Of a stretch of 64,000 bases of DNA, positions 40,112 to 49,339 are shown piece after piece. The notes below the pieces were generated by a model. It was given only the letters and a program-made list of their open reading frames with translations. It ran no database searches and was not told where the DNA came from. Position numbers and translations under genes: made by a program. Position 1 is the stretch's first letter, and the number at the start of each line of letters is the position of its first letter. The DNA is from Bdellovibrionota bacterium (GTDB lineage: Bacteria > Bdellovibrionota_C > UBA2361 > JBGSMV01): the NCBI GenBank assembly GCA_044356455.1, contig JBIKWF010000001.1, positions 1-64,000 of the forward strand. The letters run 5' to 3'.

Positions 40112-41202
40112 GCGAAGAGAAGGAAAGAGAGGGGAAAGGGGACAACCACTTAGATCACGGCACTAAGACCACGGAGACCACTAAGGTGGGGAGTTTTGTT
40201 TTTGCGGAGAATCAAGCATTTAGGGAAGCAAGTTGTTCTTGCGCGCGGTCTCTGTTGCGTGGGTGCTTGTTTTGTTTCTTTTTCATAGGGCAGGGGCTTT
40301 TCGGGTTGGAATATGTTCCCGCCTTTGGGCAGGTCGCCTCATTGCAGGACACCTCTTTGCGGGCCCAGAGCTCTCGGTACGTACGTATCAGCCGCGACTC
40401 TCGAGATGAGCCACAGGCACTTGAGACCTCTATCGTGCGGCTACTTCCGCCGGCCGAGGGCGGGGATTCCTCATTCCCTCACGATGGGTATGTAGATCTT
40501 ATCGCGGCCGTGCATGTGGGGGAGCTTGCGTACTACGAAGAGCTTAACCGGCGCTTTCAGGGCTACGACGCAGTCTTGTTTGAGCTTGTAGCCCCTAAGA
40601 ATTTCGATGTGAGTGCGCAGAAGAGAGAGACCAGCCCGCGTGGGCAGCACCCGATTTCGCTGCTCCAGATGGGAATGAAGTCAATTCTCAAACTTGAATT
40701 TCAGCTTGACCGCGTCAATTACAAGGCCCCCAACTTTGTTCATGCCGATATGTCCCCGGAGGAACTTTCCACTTCCATGGCATCGCGAAACGAGTCTTTT
40801 ATGGGGATGCTTCTTAAAGCCATGGCGGCAGCCTCCGCCAAGGAGTCGCGGGGTGAGGGGAAGCCCCCGGATGTGGGAAGTCTGTTTCTTTTGATGTTTG
40901 ATGATGCTCGGGCACTTGCCCTGCGCCGCATTATGGCCCGTGAGTTCGAGGATATCGATATGCTTTTGGATACGCTCAATGGTACTGAGGGCAGCAGTAT
41001 AATCACCGAAAGAAATAAGGTTGCGCTTCGAGAGTTGGGAAAGGTTCTTGGCCAAGGAAAGCGGAGGATTGCTATCTTTTACGGCGGAGCTCACATGCCT
41101 GATTTCGAGCGTCAGCTTGGGCAGTCCTATGGGCTTAAGCCCTCTGATCCTGAGTGGTTGCTCGCCTGGCGTCTCGCGCCGGAAATTAAGGGCGGCAACT
41201 AA
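40108..41202 (+). CDS. Exported hypothetical protein, possibly TraB/GumN-like
   Basis: VDLIAAVHVGE, YDAVLFELV, FVHADM, RNKVA, IAIFYGGAHMPD; track N-terminus reads through a repeat remnant so the true start is later. Confidence 0.65.
   Translation: MSEEKEREGKGDNHLDHGTKTTETTKVGSFVFAENQAFREASCSCARSLLRGCLFCFFFIGQGLFGLEYVPAFGQVASLQDTSLRAQSSRYVRISRDSRDEPQALETSIVRLLPPAEGGDSSFPHDGYVDLIAAVHVGELAYYEELNRRFQGYDAVLFELVAPKNFDVSAQKRETSPRGQHPISLLQMGMKSILKLEFQLDRVNYKAPNFVHADMSPEELSTSMASRNESFMGMLLKAMAAASAKESRGEGKPPDVGSLFLLMFDDARALALRRIMAREFEDIDMLLDTLNGTEGSSIITERNKVALRELGKVLGQGKRRIAIFYGGAHMPDFERQLGQSYGLKPSDPEWLLAWRLAPEIKGGN
40141..40186. repeat. Type E arm remnant
   Basis: CACTAAGACCACGGAGACCACTAAG. Confidence 0.55.
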
Positions 41203-41339
41203 GGAACCTCTGAAAAACCTCGATATTTTATTTCTTTCTCTCCGTGTTCTCTGTGCCCTCTGTGGTTTTTCAACATCTTAAATCAACCACAGAGGGCACA
41301 GAGTTCACAGAGCAGACTTTTTCGGAGTAGCTTCCCTAA
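41199..41339. mobile_element. MITE-like element, type C
   Basis: CTAA-GGAACCTCTGAAAAA ... GCTTCC-CTAA; left flank is the upstream gene's TAA. Confidence 0.9.
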
Positions 41340-41401
41340 GAGCCCGTTTTTAGGGCACGTCCGCCTAATCTATGTCGTAGTTTTACCTCGCAGGCTTCAA
41401 A

Positions 41402-41462
41402 GGGAGCCTTAAAAAGGCTCACCCTCCGCGTACTCTGCGTCCCCCGCGTTACTTGAAAACTA
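41402..41462. repeat. Left-half remnant of type A element
   Basis: GGAGCCTTAAAAA ... CTCCGCGTACTCTGCGTCCCCCGCGTTACTTGAAAACTA. Confidence 0.65.
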
Positions 41463-41483
41463 GCGAAGCGGCGCGTCCTCGAC

Positions 41484-42332
41484 TTACTCAGCAGAAGCTT
41501 CTGAGCAACTAAGGGATACCGTATCGTCCGCTGACGATGCCTCAATTCCGGTAAGCGCACCGCTCGTGAAGGTTGCGGTCCCTTCGACCTCTGTGGTTAC
41601 GTCCTTGCCGTCCCCGGTGGTGCTCACGGAACCCGAAACTGAAATGTCCCCGGTCTTAGAAGTAGAGGGAACTTCGGCCAGCGTGAGCGAGACGACTACT
41701 TCATCTTGCTTATCGCCACTGGCGGAATCTGCGTTGTATTTAAGCGCGATCGTGTCGTTTCCTTTTTGAAGCGAATCGACGCTGCTTGCTTGGAACAGAT
41801 CCTCAGCGCCTTCTGTCGCTGCGGGCTTTGTTACTGAGCAGTCGAGCTTTCTCACGAGGTCGCTCGAAAATACGGCCCCATTGAGGACGGTTGTGAAGCT
41901 GCGGTTGGGGTGCAGCACAGTAGCTACAACCGTATAGTTGAAGGGCGGGGTCGCAATGTCTGTCCCGATGTCGACTCCAATCGCGCCAGGAAGCTCAGGT
42001 GAGCGCATCTGCGTAGAGAAGAGTTTGCGGTTTACAAAAAAATCAAAGCGCAGCGGATACTTACTAAAGGTGTCATCAATCGTGTAGGCGTCCACCAGTA
42101 GTTTCACCCTGGCTGGCTCCGTTTCCGTGCCGCTGACGACCTGGTGGGTCACGGTAAGCGTAGGATTTCTGCTAAATTTGTCTTCGTCTCCACTTACTCC
42201 ACGGGTAGTGACGGTTGTTGAGTTTGCTTCCTCGGCGTGGGCGAGGGGAAGTGAGAGGGAGGCTGTGGCAATGAGCGAAGCTGCCAAAAGGGATGCTACG
42301 GGCACAAAGACGTTCGGTGCGCTAAGACGCAT
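41484..42332 (-). CDS. Secreted hypothetical protein, Ser/Thr-rich
   Basis: Signal peptide ending AHA, GGAG upstream of ATG. Confidence 0.7.
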   Translation of the reverse strand: MRLSAPNVFVPVASLLAASLIATASLSLPLAHAEEANSTTVTTRGVSGDEDKFSRNPTLTVTHQVVSGTETEPARVKLLVDAYTIDDTFSKYPLRFDFFVNRKLFSTQMRSPELPGAIGVDIGTDIATPPFNYTVVATVLHPNRSFTTVLNGAVFSSDLVRKLDCSVTKPAATEGAEDLFQASSVDSLQKGNDTIALKYNADSASGDKQDEVVVSLTLAEVPSTSKTGDISVSGSVSTTGDGKDVTTEVEGTATFTSGALTGIEASSADDTVSLSCSEASAE

Positions 42333-42494
42333 ATAATGCTCTCCTCGGGTCGAAGGTATATCAATTGGATGAGTGTGCCCTTAAAAGGCCTCGGGAAAAA
42401 GCCCCAATTCACCTCAAGGATAGCAAGATATAACTTCTTCAGGCTGAATCTGTGGGGCTTTCGTGTGCAGAGCTTCTCCTGCAACATAGGGGAC

Positions 42495-43103
42495 ATGAGG
42501 CTAAATCTCAGAATGCTGTTTGTTCTCGTGCGAGGCCCTGTTCTGGCGCTTCTCGTGGCAGCTTGCGCTGGGTGCTCCTTGCTAAAGAAGAAGCAGGAGC
42601 CTGAGCTTTTGGGTTTTTCGGCTGCGAGGAGCAGCCCGCTCTCGGCCGAAGAGACCAAGGAGGTAGCGTCTCAGGTCGGGGGCAATTGGCTCTATGGCCA
42701 AGGTGTGGGGGAGGCCGCGGTTAACGTAGGTGCGATAGTAATGTTTCCGCCCTATGCTGCGGTGGTGGCGGGTAATGCTGCTCTTTCCCTCTCGGGCTAT
42801 GAGCCGATTGGCGTCTCGACGGCGTTGTCTGAGGAAGAAGGGAGCACGTGGAGTGATACCTTTGATCTGATAACCTCAGGACCAGGTCGATTTGCAGCTG
42901 CTCTTGCGGGCAAGGAGTATCGGACCAAGGAAGTGGCAAGAGCGAAGTTACTTCCGATTCTTGAGAGCCGCGTAGCAGGGCCCAGCTCGTCGCCACGTGT
43001 GCCCGCTCAAAATTGCACAGCTCAAATTGGTGCAGTTCAAAATGGTGCGGGCGAAGAGTGTGCTCATTTTGCGCCTCAGAGAGTTGAGTCTTCCGGAAAG
43101 TAG
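42495..43103 (+). CDS. Hypothetical lipoprotein
   Basis: ATG after AGGGG, hydrophobic stretch ending CAGC. Confidence 0.6.
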   Translation: MRLNLRMLFVLVRGPVLALLVAACAGCSLLKKKQEPELLGFSAARSSPLSAEETKEVASQVGGNWLYGQGVGEAAVNVGAIVMFPPYAAVVAGNAALSLSGYEPIGVSTALSEEEGSTWSDTFDLITSGPGRFAAALAGKEYRTKEVARAKLLPILESRVAGPSSSPRVPAQNCTAQIGAVQNGAGEECAHFAPQRVESSGK

Positions 43104-43113
43104 ATAGAGGAGT

Positions 43114-44013
43114 ATGGCTACAATTGGACTTGTCGTTCGTCCTGGTGTCGAGCGCGCACAAGAAGTTGGGATTAAGCTAGTAAGTTGGGCCCGTGAACGC
43201 GGGCATGAAGTTCTGCTGGACGTCGCATCCCTTCCTACGCTCTCTGGGGCAAGCGCCTCAGGTCACAAATTGCCTTCTGGTGTTACCGCATACCCGCATA
43301 GCGAGCTCGTGAAACGAGCCGATCCTATTGTGACATTGGGAGGAGACGGCACTTTAATTGGTTTGGCGCGCCATGTGGATGGAAAGTACCCGACTATCCT
43401 TGGTGTGAATTTTGGAAATTTGGGCTTTCTCACTGAGACTACGCCTTCGGAGGTTTTTGAGGCCTTGGAGCGTACGCTGAATGGAACCGCGCGTATTGCC
43501 GAACGCCGAATGCTGCACGCCAGCGTGCGGCGCAAGGGAAAGGAGATTTTTGCTGCCCAAGCTCTTAATGACGCGGTCATTCAAAAAGACGCGCGTGCCC
43601 GACTTTTGGACCTTGATATCGCGGTCAATGGGGAGCCCGTGATGCGGCTTCGGGCTGACGGCCTGATTTGTTCCACCCCGACGGGGTCCACTGCTTATTC
43701 TTTGGCAGCGGGTGGTTCGATTGTCCATCCCGCGTTAGAAGTTCTTTTGGTAACGCCTATTTGCGCTCATTCCCTCTCGGCGCGCCCGTTAATTTTGAAA
43801 CTTTCTGATAAACTTTTGGCCACAATTCCCGAATACGATGGGACCATGGTGCTTACTATTGATGGGCAGCTGTCTATTCCGCTTCAAACAGGAGACGCCA
43901 TAGAAATAGGGGAGTCTCCTTATCGCATTAAGTTGGTTCAGAGCAGTTCGCGCAGCTATTTCGATATTTTACGCACCAAGCTTAATTGGGGCATTGCGAA
44001 TAAGGGCGAATAG
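43114..44013 (+). CDS. nadK: NAD kinase
   Basis: LGGDGT, GVNFGNLGFL, ALND, ADGLICSTPTGSTAYSLAAGG. Confidence 0.95.
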   Translation: MATIGLVVRPGVERAQEVGIKLVSWARERGHEVLLDVASLPTLSGASASGHKLPSGVTAYPHSELVKRADPIVTLGGDGTLIGLARHVDGKYPTILGVNFGNLGFLTETTPSEVFEALERTLNGTARIAERRMLHASVRRKGKEIFAAQALNDAVIQKDARARLLDLDIAVNGEPVMRLRADGLICSTPTGSTAYSLAAGGSIVHPALEVLLVTPICAHSLSARPLILKLSDKLLATIPEYDGTMVLTIDGQLSIPLQTGDAIEIGESPYRIKLVQSSSRSYFDILRTKLNWGIANKGE

Positions 44014-44075
44014 AAGCTCGTTGTTCGAGCCGTCTTGCTACGGAGGTTTTTTGCCCTTGATACTCCAGAATGTGC

Positions 44076-44291
44076 CTCGCCTGATCATCTCACAGCCCCG
44101 AACGGCTGTGAGATGATCAGGCGAGCTAACGCCCGGACGGCGTTAGCAAATCGCGACCGAAGGAAGCGATTTGGAGCGCACCGGAGGGCGACGCCGTGTT
44201 CGCGGCGCTCGCAGGTGCGCGATGTTGGAAATCCGCCTGGATGGCGGATTTCCAACGCAGTCTCACGGACCCGTTAGGGATCCCGTGAGAC
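44076..44291. other. Array of six abutting hairpins; candidate structured ncRNA or non-autonomous element
   Basis: Perfect stems of 22, 9, 8, 7, 14 and 9 bp read directly from the sequence. Confidence 0.6.
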
Positions 44292-44319
44292 ATTACGGCT
44301 AGAGTCACCGGTAGTTGAT

Positions 44320-45966
44320 ATGCTTACAGAATTACATATTGAAAATTTTGCCCTAGTTGAAACGGAGAGCGTCTCCTTTGGAGCGGGGCTGAATGTTATA
44401 AGCGGCGAAACGGGGTCCGGAAAATCTATTCTTCTGCAGGCCATTCAGTTTCTTCTTGGCGAGAAGCTTAAATCTCAAGTGGTTCGCTCGGGCGCCGAAT
44501 CCGCAGAGGTTCAAGGACTTTTCTCGCTTGAGAGGCTTCCGCCAGCCCTCGTGGAAGAACTTCCGGATCTGGCGCGGGGTGATGAGCTCGCGGTGGTTCG
44601 CACGATAGGCAAGAGCGGCAAGGGGAAGGTGTATATCAATGGCCGGCTCGCAAGTCTGGGATTGCTTGAAGAGATAGTCGGAAAGCTCGTTAATATTTGC
44701 GGGCAGAATCACCATGTGCGCTTGCTCGATCAGTCCTATCACCGCGATGTGCTTGATGGCTTTGCGGGTCACGATCACTTAGTGAGGTCATGCAAAGAGT
44801 CCTTCGAATTATGGCGTGAACGAAGCTCGGAACTTGCGAAGCTCGAAGAGGAAGCCCGCGCGCGCGAGGGCAAAGAAGTTGACATGACGGAGACGCTTAA
44901 GGAGCTCGATGCGGCAAAGTTAAGGCCCGGAATGCGAGCAGAGCTTGAGGCTCAGGTGAAAAGACTTGGTGGCGCGGAGCGTTTGTTGTCTTCCTCTCAG
45001 CAGCTCGATGAAGCGCTTACCTCAGAGGGCGGGCTTTCAACGCAGCTGCAGAGAATCTCTGCCGAGGTGCAGGAGATTTTAAAGATTGACCCAGAGTTCT
45101 CTTCTCGTGCGGATCTGTTTGTTGCTGCTCGGACCCACCTCAAGGAGTTCGAAACCGCGGTCGCTCGTTATATGGCGTCCCTGTCCCTGGATGAGGACCA
45201 GCTTGCCTCAGCTCGCGAGCAGCTCGCAGAAGTTGCGCGGCTCGAGAGAAAGTATAGGCGAACCGATTCGGAGCTAGTTGCCTTACGCGAAGAGCTGCGT
45301 ACGGCGTTATCCACGATCCAAGGCGGAAAGCGCATCGGCGACTTGCAGCAAGAGGTTGGGCGACTTCGCTCTGCGCTAGAGAAGGCCGCGGCTTCGCTTC
45401 ACGAGAGTCGTTTGAAAGCGGTAAAAAAGCTCTGCCCACTTGTGGAGGAGGGCCTTGGGTGCGTTGCCATGAAGGGCAGTTCGCTTGAGGTTACCCTTTC
45501 TCCCTCAACTCTTGGCTCTCATGGTTTAGACCGCGTGGAGTTTCTGCTTTCTGCTAATCGTGGTGAGCCCATGCGACCCCTTCGCGACATTGCCTCTGGA
45601 GGGGAGCTTTCACGAATTCTTTTGATCCTTAAGCAGGTCCTGTCTGACCGAACGGGAGTCAATGTGCTGGTCTTTGATGAGGTTGACCAGGGGGTTTCGG
45701 GCGCGGTAGCCCGAGCGGTTGGACTTAAGCTTCGGGACTTAGCGCGCTCTTCACAGGTTATTTGTGTGACGCATCTGCCCCAAGTCGCTTCTCTTGCTGA
45801 CCATCATTTCCTCGTGGATAAGCTCTCAGGGGATAGGACCGTGACCCGCGTCAGAGAGCTTGAAGGGGACGTTAGAATAGAAGAAATCGCAAGAATGTTA
45901 GCTGGTTACAAGGTTACTCCCGCCGCAAGGGAGTCCGCCCGTGAGTTACTTTCATCTAAGCTTTAG
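44320..45966 (+). CDS. recN: DNA repair protein RecN
   Basis: GETGSGKS, ASGGELSR, VFDEVD, CVTHLPQVA, EIARML; follows nadK. Confidence 0.95.
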   Translation: MLTELHIENFALVETESVSFGAGLNVISGETGSGKSILLQAIQFLLGEKLKSQVVRSGAESAEVQGLFSLERLPPALVEELPDLARGDELAVVRTIGKSGKGKVYINGRLASLGLLEEIVGKLVNICGQNHHVRLLDQSYHRDVLDGFAGHDHLVRSCKESFELWRERSSELAKLEEEARAREGKEVDMTETLKELDAAKLRPGMRAELEAQVKRLGGAERLLSSSQQLDEALTSEGGLSTQLQRISAEVQEILKIDPEFSSRADLFVAARTHLKEFETAVARYMASLSLDEDQLASAREQLAEVARLERKYRRTDSELVALREELRTALSTIQGGKRIGDLQQEVGRLRSALEKAAASLHESRLKAVKKLCPLVEEGLGCVAMKGSSLEVTLSPSTLGSHGLDRVEFLLSANRGEPMRPLRDIASGGELSRILLILKQVLSDRTGVNVLVFDEVDQGVSGAVARAVGLKLRDLARSSQVICVTHLPQVASLADHHFLVDKLSGDRTVTRVRELEGDVRIEEIARMLAGYKVTPAARESARELLSSKL

Positions 45967-46018
45967 CAGTAGTTGCAAGGGGTTGAATAACGTCGTTTTG
46001 CGGCGTTGCCTTGGGCCG

Positions 46019-46048
46019 TTGACGTCTTGTTGGGTTATTGGCTAGCGT
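46019..46048 (+). promoter_or_regulatory. Possible sigma-70-type promoter
   Basis: TTGACG-N18-TAGCGT upstream of the M23 gene. Confidence 0.25.
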
Positions 46049-46291
46049 CGACTCCCCAGCTTGTGCGGCGCCCTCAAGGATGGACCCTTTAGAGCAGTAA
46101 TTTGGCTAGGGCAGGAAATTTGGCAGGCTCGCTTTGAGCAGTTGCCATTTGTTAGCGAGGCGTTAGGCCTGCTCACGGAACCGCACTGAAATGAGGATTG
46201 AGATAGTTTCTTGTGGCTACGCGCTCCGACTCTTGAGAAGCGCGAAGGCTGCATGAGATAGGCTGGGAATAACCCGCTACGTAAGGGACTA

Positions 46292-47533
46292 ATGATTTCG
46301 AGCAATAAGAGAGAGTTCTGCCTTTGGGTTGTTGGCAGCAAGGACGGCAGGGTTCGTAAGCTACGCTTTACCCTTAAAACCTTGCTCGCAGCCTTGGTGG
46401 TTCTTGGCGGCATTGCGTCCGGATTCCTGTTTGTCGCTTCTGACTATGCGCGTGCTCATATTCAGCGCGCCGAGTCTTATTTTAAACTAAAGCGCGTGCT
46501 CCATGAGAAGGAGCAGCTTGAGGGCACTCGTGAAACCCTTGAGTCTAAGGTCGAGCACCTTGAAACCGCTCAGCAGCGCTCTCTTTCCTATGAACAACAA
46601 GTGAAGGCGCGCCTTGATGAGCTTGCCTCTCTTCTCAGAGCCTCAGATCCAGGCCGTGTACTTGCCCCAAGTCTGGGGGTGAAGGGCCTTGGTGTCTCGG
46701 CTGCCCAGGCCTCAGGATCTGAAAGTTCTGAGGGCAACCTCTTTGCAGGGGAAGAGGTGGGAGTTGGAGGGGAGGCCGGAGCTGATAGTGAGGCTGCTGA
46801 ATCTGCTTTGGCTGATGCTGGAGTTGTGGACCCCGCTAGCTCTTCTCAAAAAGCGGCCAAACCCGCCGTTTCCTCGATAAGTAAGAATTCGAGTGCGGCC
46901 AAGGGCGATGAGGGCGCGGCTGATGGGGTGGGTGGGGCTGAAATTGACTGTGAAACTGATGCTTCAGCCTGTGGAAAGCAGCTATCCCAGCTAAGCGGAA
47001 CTCGGGCTCGCCTCAATCTGGCCTCAGCCGAGGGCCGTGCCGCCGATCAAAAGGAACTTATCGAGCTACTCGATACCTATCTTGATGTACTCAAGATAGC
47101 GCCCATTGGGCTCCCAGCGCCTGGGTATATTAATTCAGGCTTTGGCTTCCGTTTCTCCCCATTTCACGGTCGCCTAAGTATGCACGAGGGGATTGATCTC
47201 GCGCTTCCTCAGGGCAGCCAGATTAACTCTACGGGGGATGGGGTCGTTCTCTCTGTTGAGCGAAATGGCACGTATGGACTTGTGGTTGATATCGCACACT
47301 CGGACAGGGTGGTAACAAGATATGCACATCTCTCAAAAGCCTTTGTCTCCGAAGGCGAAAAGGTGTGCCGAGGGGAGGTCATTGGGCTAGTGGGTACTTC
47401 CGGTCGTTCCACGGGGCCTCATCTGCATTATGAGATTCTTGTGGACGGGAAAGCTCGTAACCCGGTCCCCTTCGTCCAGCTCGCCCTTGATATTCAGAAC
47501 CTGTTCGGCAGGCTTACTTCAGATCTGGCCTAA
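46292..47533 (+). CDS. M23-family murein peptidase with TM anchor and coiled coil
   Basis: HEGIDL, TRYAHLS, GRSTGPHLHYE. Confidence 0.9.
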   Translation: MISSNKREFCLWVVGSKDGRVRKLRFTLKTLLAALVVLGGIASGFLFVASDYARAHIQRAESYFKLKRVLHEKEQLEGTRETLESKVEHLETAQQRSLSYEQQVKARLDELASLLRASDPGRVLAPSLGVKGLGVSAAQASGSESSEGNLFAGEEVGVGGEAGADSEAAESALADAGVVDPASSSQKAAKPAVSSISKNSSAAKGDEGAADGVGGAEIDCETDASACGKQLSQLSGTRARLNLASAEGRAADQKELIELLDTYLDVLKIAPIGLPAPGYINSGFGFRFSPFHGRLSMHEGIDLALPQGSQINSTGDGVVLSVERNGTYGLVVDIAHSDRVVTRYAHLSKAFVSEGEKVCRGEVIGLVGTSGRSTGPHLHYEILVDGKARNPVPFVQLALDIQNLFGRLTSDLA

Positions 47534-47563
47534 TACGCCTCTTGGCGCTCCTCTTTTTATCTC

Positions 47564-47700
47564 CTAGGGAACCTCTGAAAAACCTCCATTCTTAATACAC
47601 CTCTGTGTACCTCTGCGTCCTCTGTGGTGAATTACCTGAAGAAATTTCACCACAGAGGACGCAGGGGTGCACAGAGGTAAGTTTTTCAGAGGTTCCCTAG
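47564..47700. mobile_element. Best-preserved MITE-like element, type B
   Basis: Perfect 20-bp inverted termini CTAGGGAACCTCTGAAAAAC / GTTTTTCAGAGGTTCCCTAG; inner 33-bp stem 47599-47631 / 47646-47678. Confidence 0.92.
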
Positions 47701-47881
47701 GATTTATAGGCTGGCCGCATGGCCAAGCTTAGCAGTTCAGGCCATAAATTGCTGAATTCTCCACGTTGTTTCTCCTGCGCCACTGCGATAGTTTGCACGG
47801 TGTTGGGAGGGGTGTATTTGCCCTCCCTGTAGGGATTTTGCCCTGTGCAGGGATTGTTCCCCTTGTCGAGGAGTATCTATC

Positions 47882-49231
47882 TTGAGTCTCTCTTCCCCAT
47901 CTTTTCTATCTTCGGTTGGTGCCGCTACTGGTGCGCTTCTCGAAGCATCCCCCGAGGCTTGCTTTCGTCCCAGCGCGCTGATTTCTCTTCGCCGAAGCGC
48001 GCTGGCCTCACGAGAAGCCGGCAAGATATCATCTCTGATTCGTGTGCCTCGGAGTAGTGAGAGTGGTAAAGTGGCGGGAGGCTTGCTTGGTGCTGCCGTC
48101 GTTGCACTCATTGTCGGTACGATAATCTTTTACACCTTCGGTCAAGTCGTTGCGCCAGGTTACATTGGAGTTCGGCAAGTAACGGCTGGTCCAGGGCAGG
48201 GGTTTTCCAAAAATGGACTTCACCCGGGGCTCCATTTCACCGTTCCCTTTCTCGTGAATGTGTATCTGATTCCAAGGACGGTGCAGGTACTTAACTTTCA
48301 CCGCAAAGGCACAGATTCAGACATCGCGTCAGTCTCTAACGATCCTGACGAAGTGGCGAGTTTAGAAATTCGTACGAGCGACGGGCTTTCCGTTGATCTC
48401 GATGTGTCCGTGCTTACGCGCTTCTATGACCGCCCGAGCGCAAATGTAGAAGAGGGATCTTCAGAATCAGGAGTCGCGGGAGGAAAGGATAAGCCTGCCC
48501 ACGGCGGTCCCGCAGACTTGTTCACTGCAGTAGGTATCAGCGAGGCGGCCTGGGATAATCAGATACGGCGTGTAGCGGCTGACGAATTACGCCAGGCGCT
48601 AGGTGCGTTGCTCGCGCGGCAATTTTACGAAGAGCCTACCACTCGCGCGGATGCACTGGCACGTGCCCAGGATGCGATGAGGGAGCGCTTAGATCCTGTT
48701 GGTATTCGTGTCGAGGCGGTGCTTCTGCGGCGCTATACCTACAAGGATGATCTCTTTGATAAAGCGATTTTTAATAAAAATCTCCAAGAGCAAGAGCAGC
48801 GCCTGAAGGATGCTTCTGGGCGTCTGGCGGAAGTGAAGGCTCAGCTCGAGCAAGTCGAAGCGGAGTGGGATGCGAAAGTAGAGACCTTGCGCGTGAAGGG
48901 AGAGAGCGAATCAAAGGTGCTTTTTTCTGAGGCTAAGCTTTACGAGAGCCAGAAGATGGCGGAAGGCGATTTGCTCGTGGCGAAAGCTCAGGCTGAAGTA
49001 GATCGCTTAAAGGCGGCGGCTCTTGCACAAAGTACAGGTGCGGATGTGTTTGTCGCTCGTGAGATGGCGCCTTTACTTTCGTCGCTTAAGGGAGGCGTCG
49101 TGACAAGTCTTGATCCCTACGATGTTGATGCTTGGGCGAGGCGACTTGGGGTTGGCGAGAGTTCCAAAGCAAAGCTCAAAAGCGCGCCTTCCCCGGCAGC
49201 AGCTTCTGCGGTGGGGGCGAGTACTCCCTAA
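47882..49231 (+). CDS. SPFH/band-7 domain membrane protein
   Basis: TM helix, VAPGYIGVR, PGLHFTVPF, RTSDGLSVDLDVSV, Ala/Glu coiled coil; start uncertain. Confidence 0.8.
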   Translation: MSLSSPSFLSSVGAATGALLEASPEACFRPSALISLRRSALASREAGKISSLIRVPRSSESGKVAGGLLGAAVVALIVGTIIFYTFGQVVAPGYIGVRQVTAGPGQGFSKNGLHPGLHFTVPFLVNVYLIPRTVQVLNFHRKGTDSDIASVSNDPDEVASLEIRTSDGLSVDLDVSVLTRFYDRPSANVEEGSSESGVAGGKDKPAHGGPADLFTAVGISEAAWDNQIRRVAADELRQALGALLARQFYEEPTTRADALARAQDAMRERLDPVGIRVEAVLLRRYTYKDDLFDKAIFNKNLQEQEQRLKDASGRLAEVKAQLEQVEAEWDAKVETLRVKGESESKVLFSEAKLYESQKMAEGDLLVAKAQAEVDRLKAAALAQSTGADVFVAREMAPLLSSLKGGVVTSLDPYDVDAWARRLGVGESSKAKLKSAPSPAAASAVGASTP

Positions 49232-49339
49232 CCGCTGCCAGGGATTGATTTGGGCTGGGCGGGCCAAAGGTCCACAGGGCTCGCGGCTTGTGAGTGAAGT
49301 GATTATAGGAGTGGCAGTTCAAAGAGCTTAGTAGGTCTG

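Noticed and set aside
44035..44308. 80-aa and 60-aa ORFs between nadK and recN
   Set aside because: Coincide with the GC-rich hairpin array, which explains the sequence better than coding does
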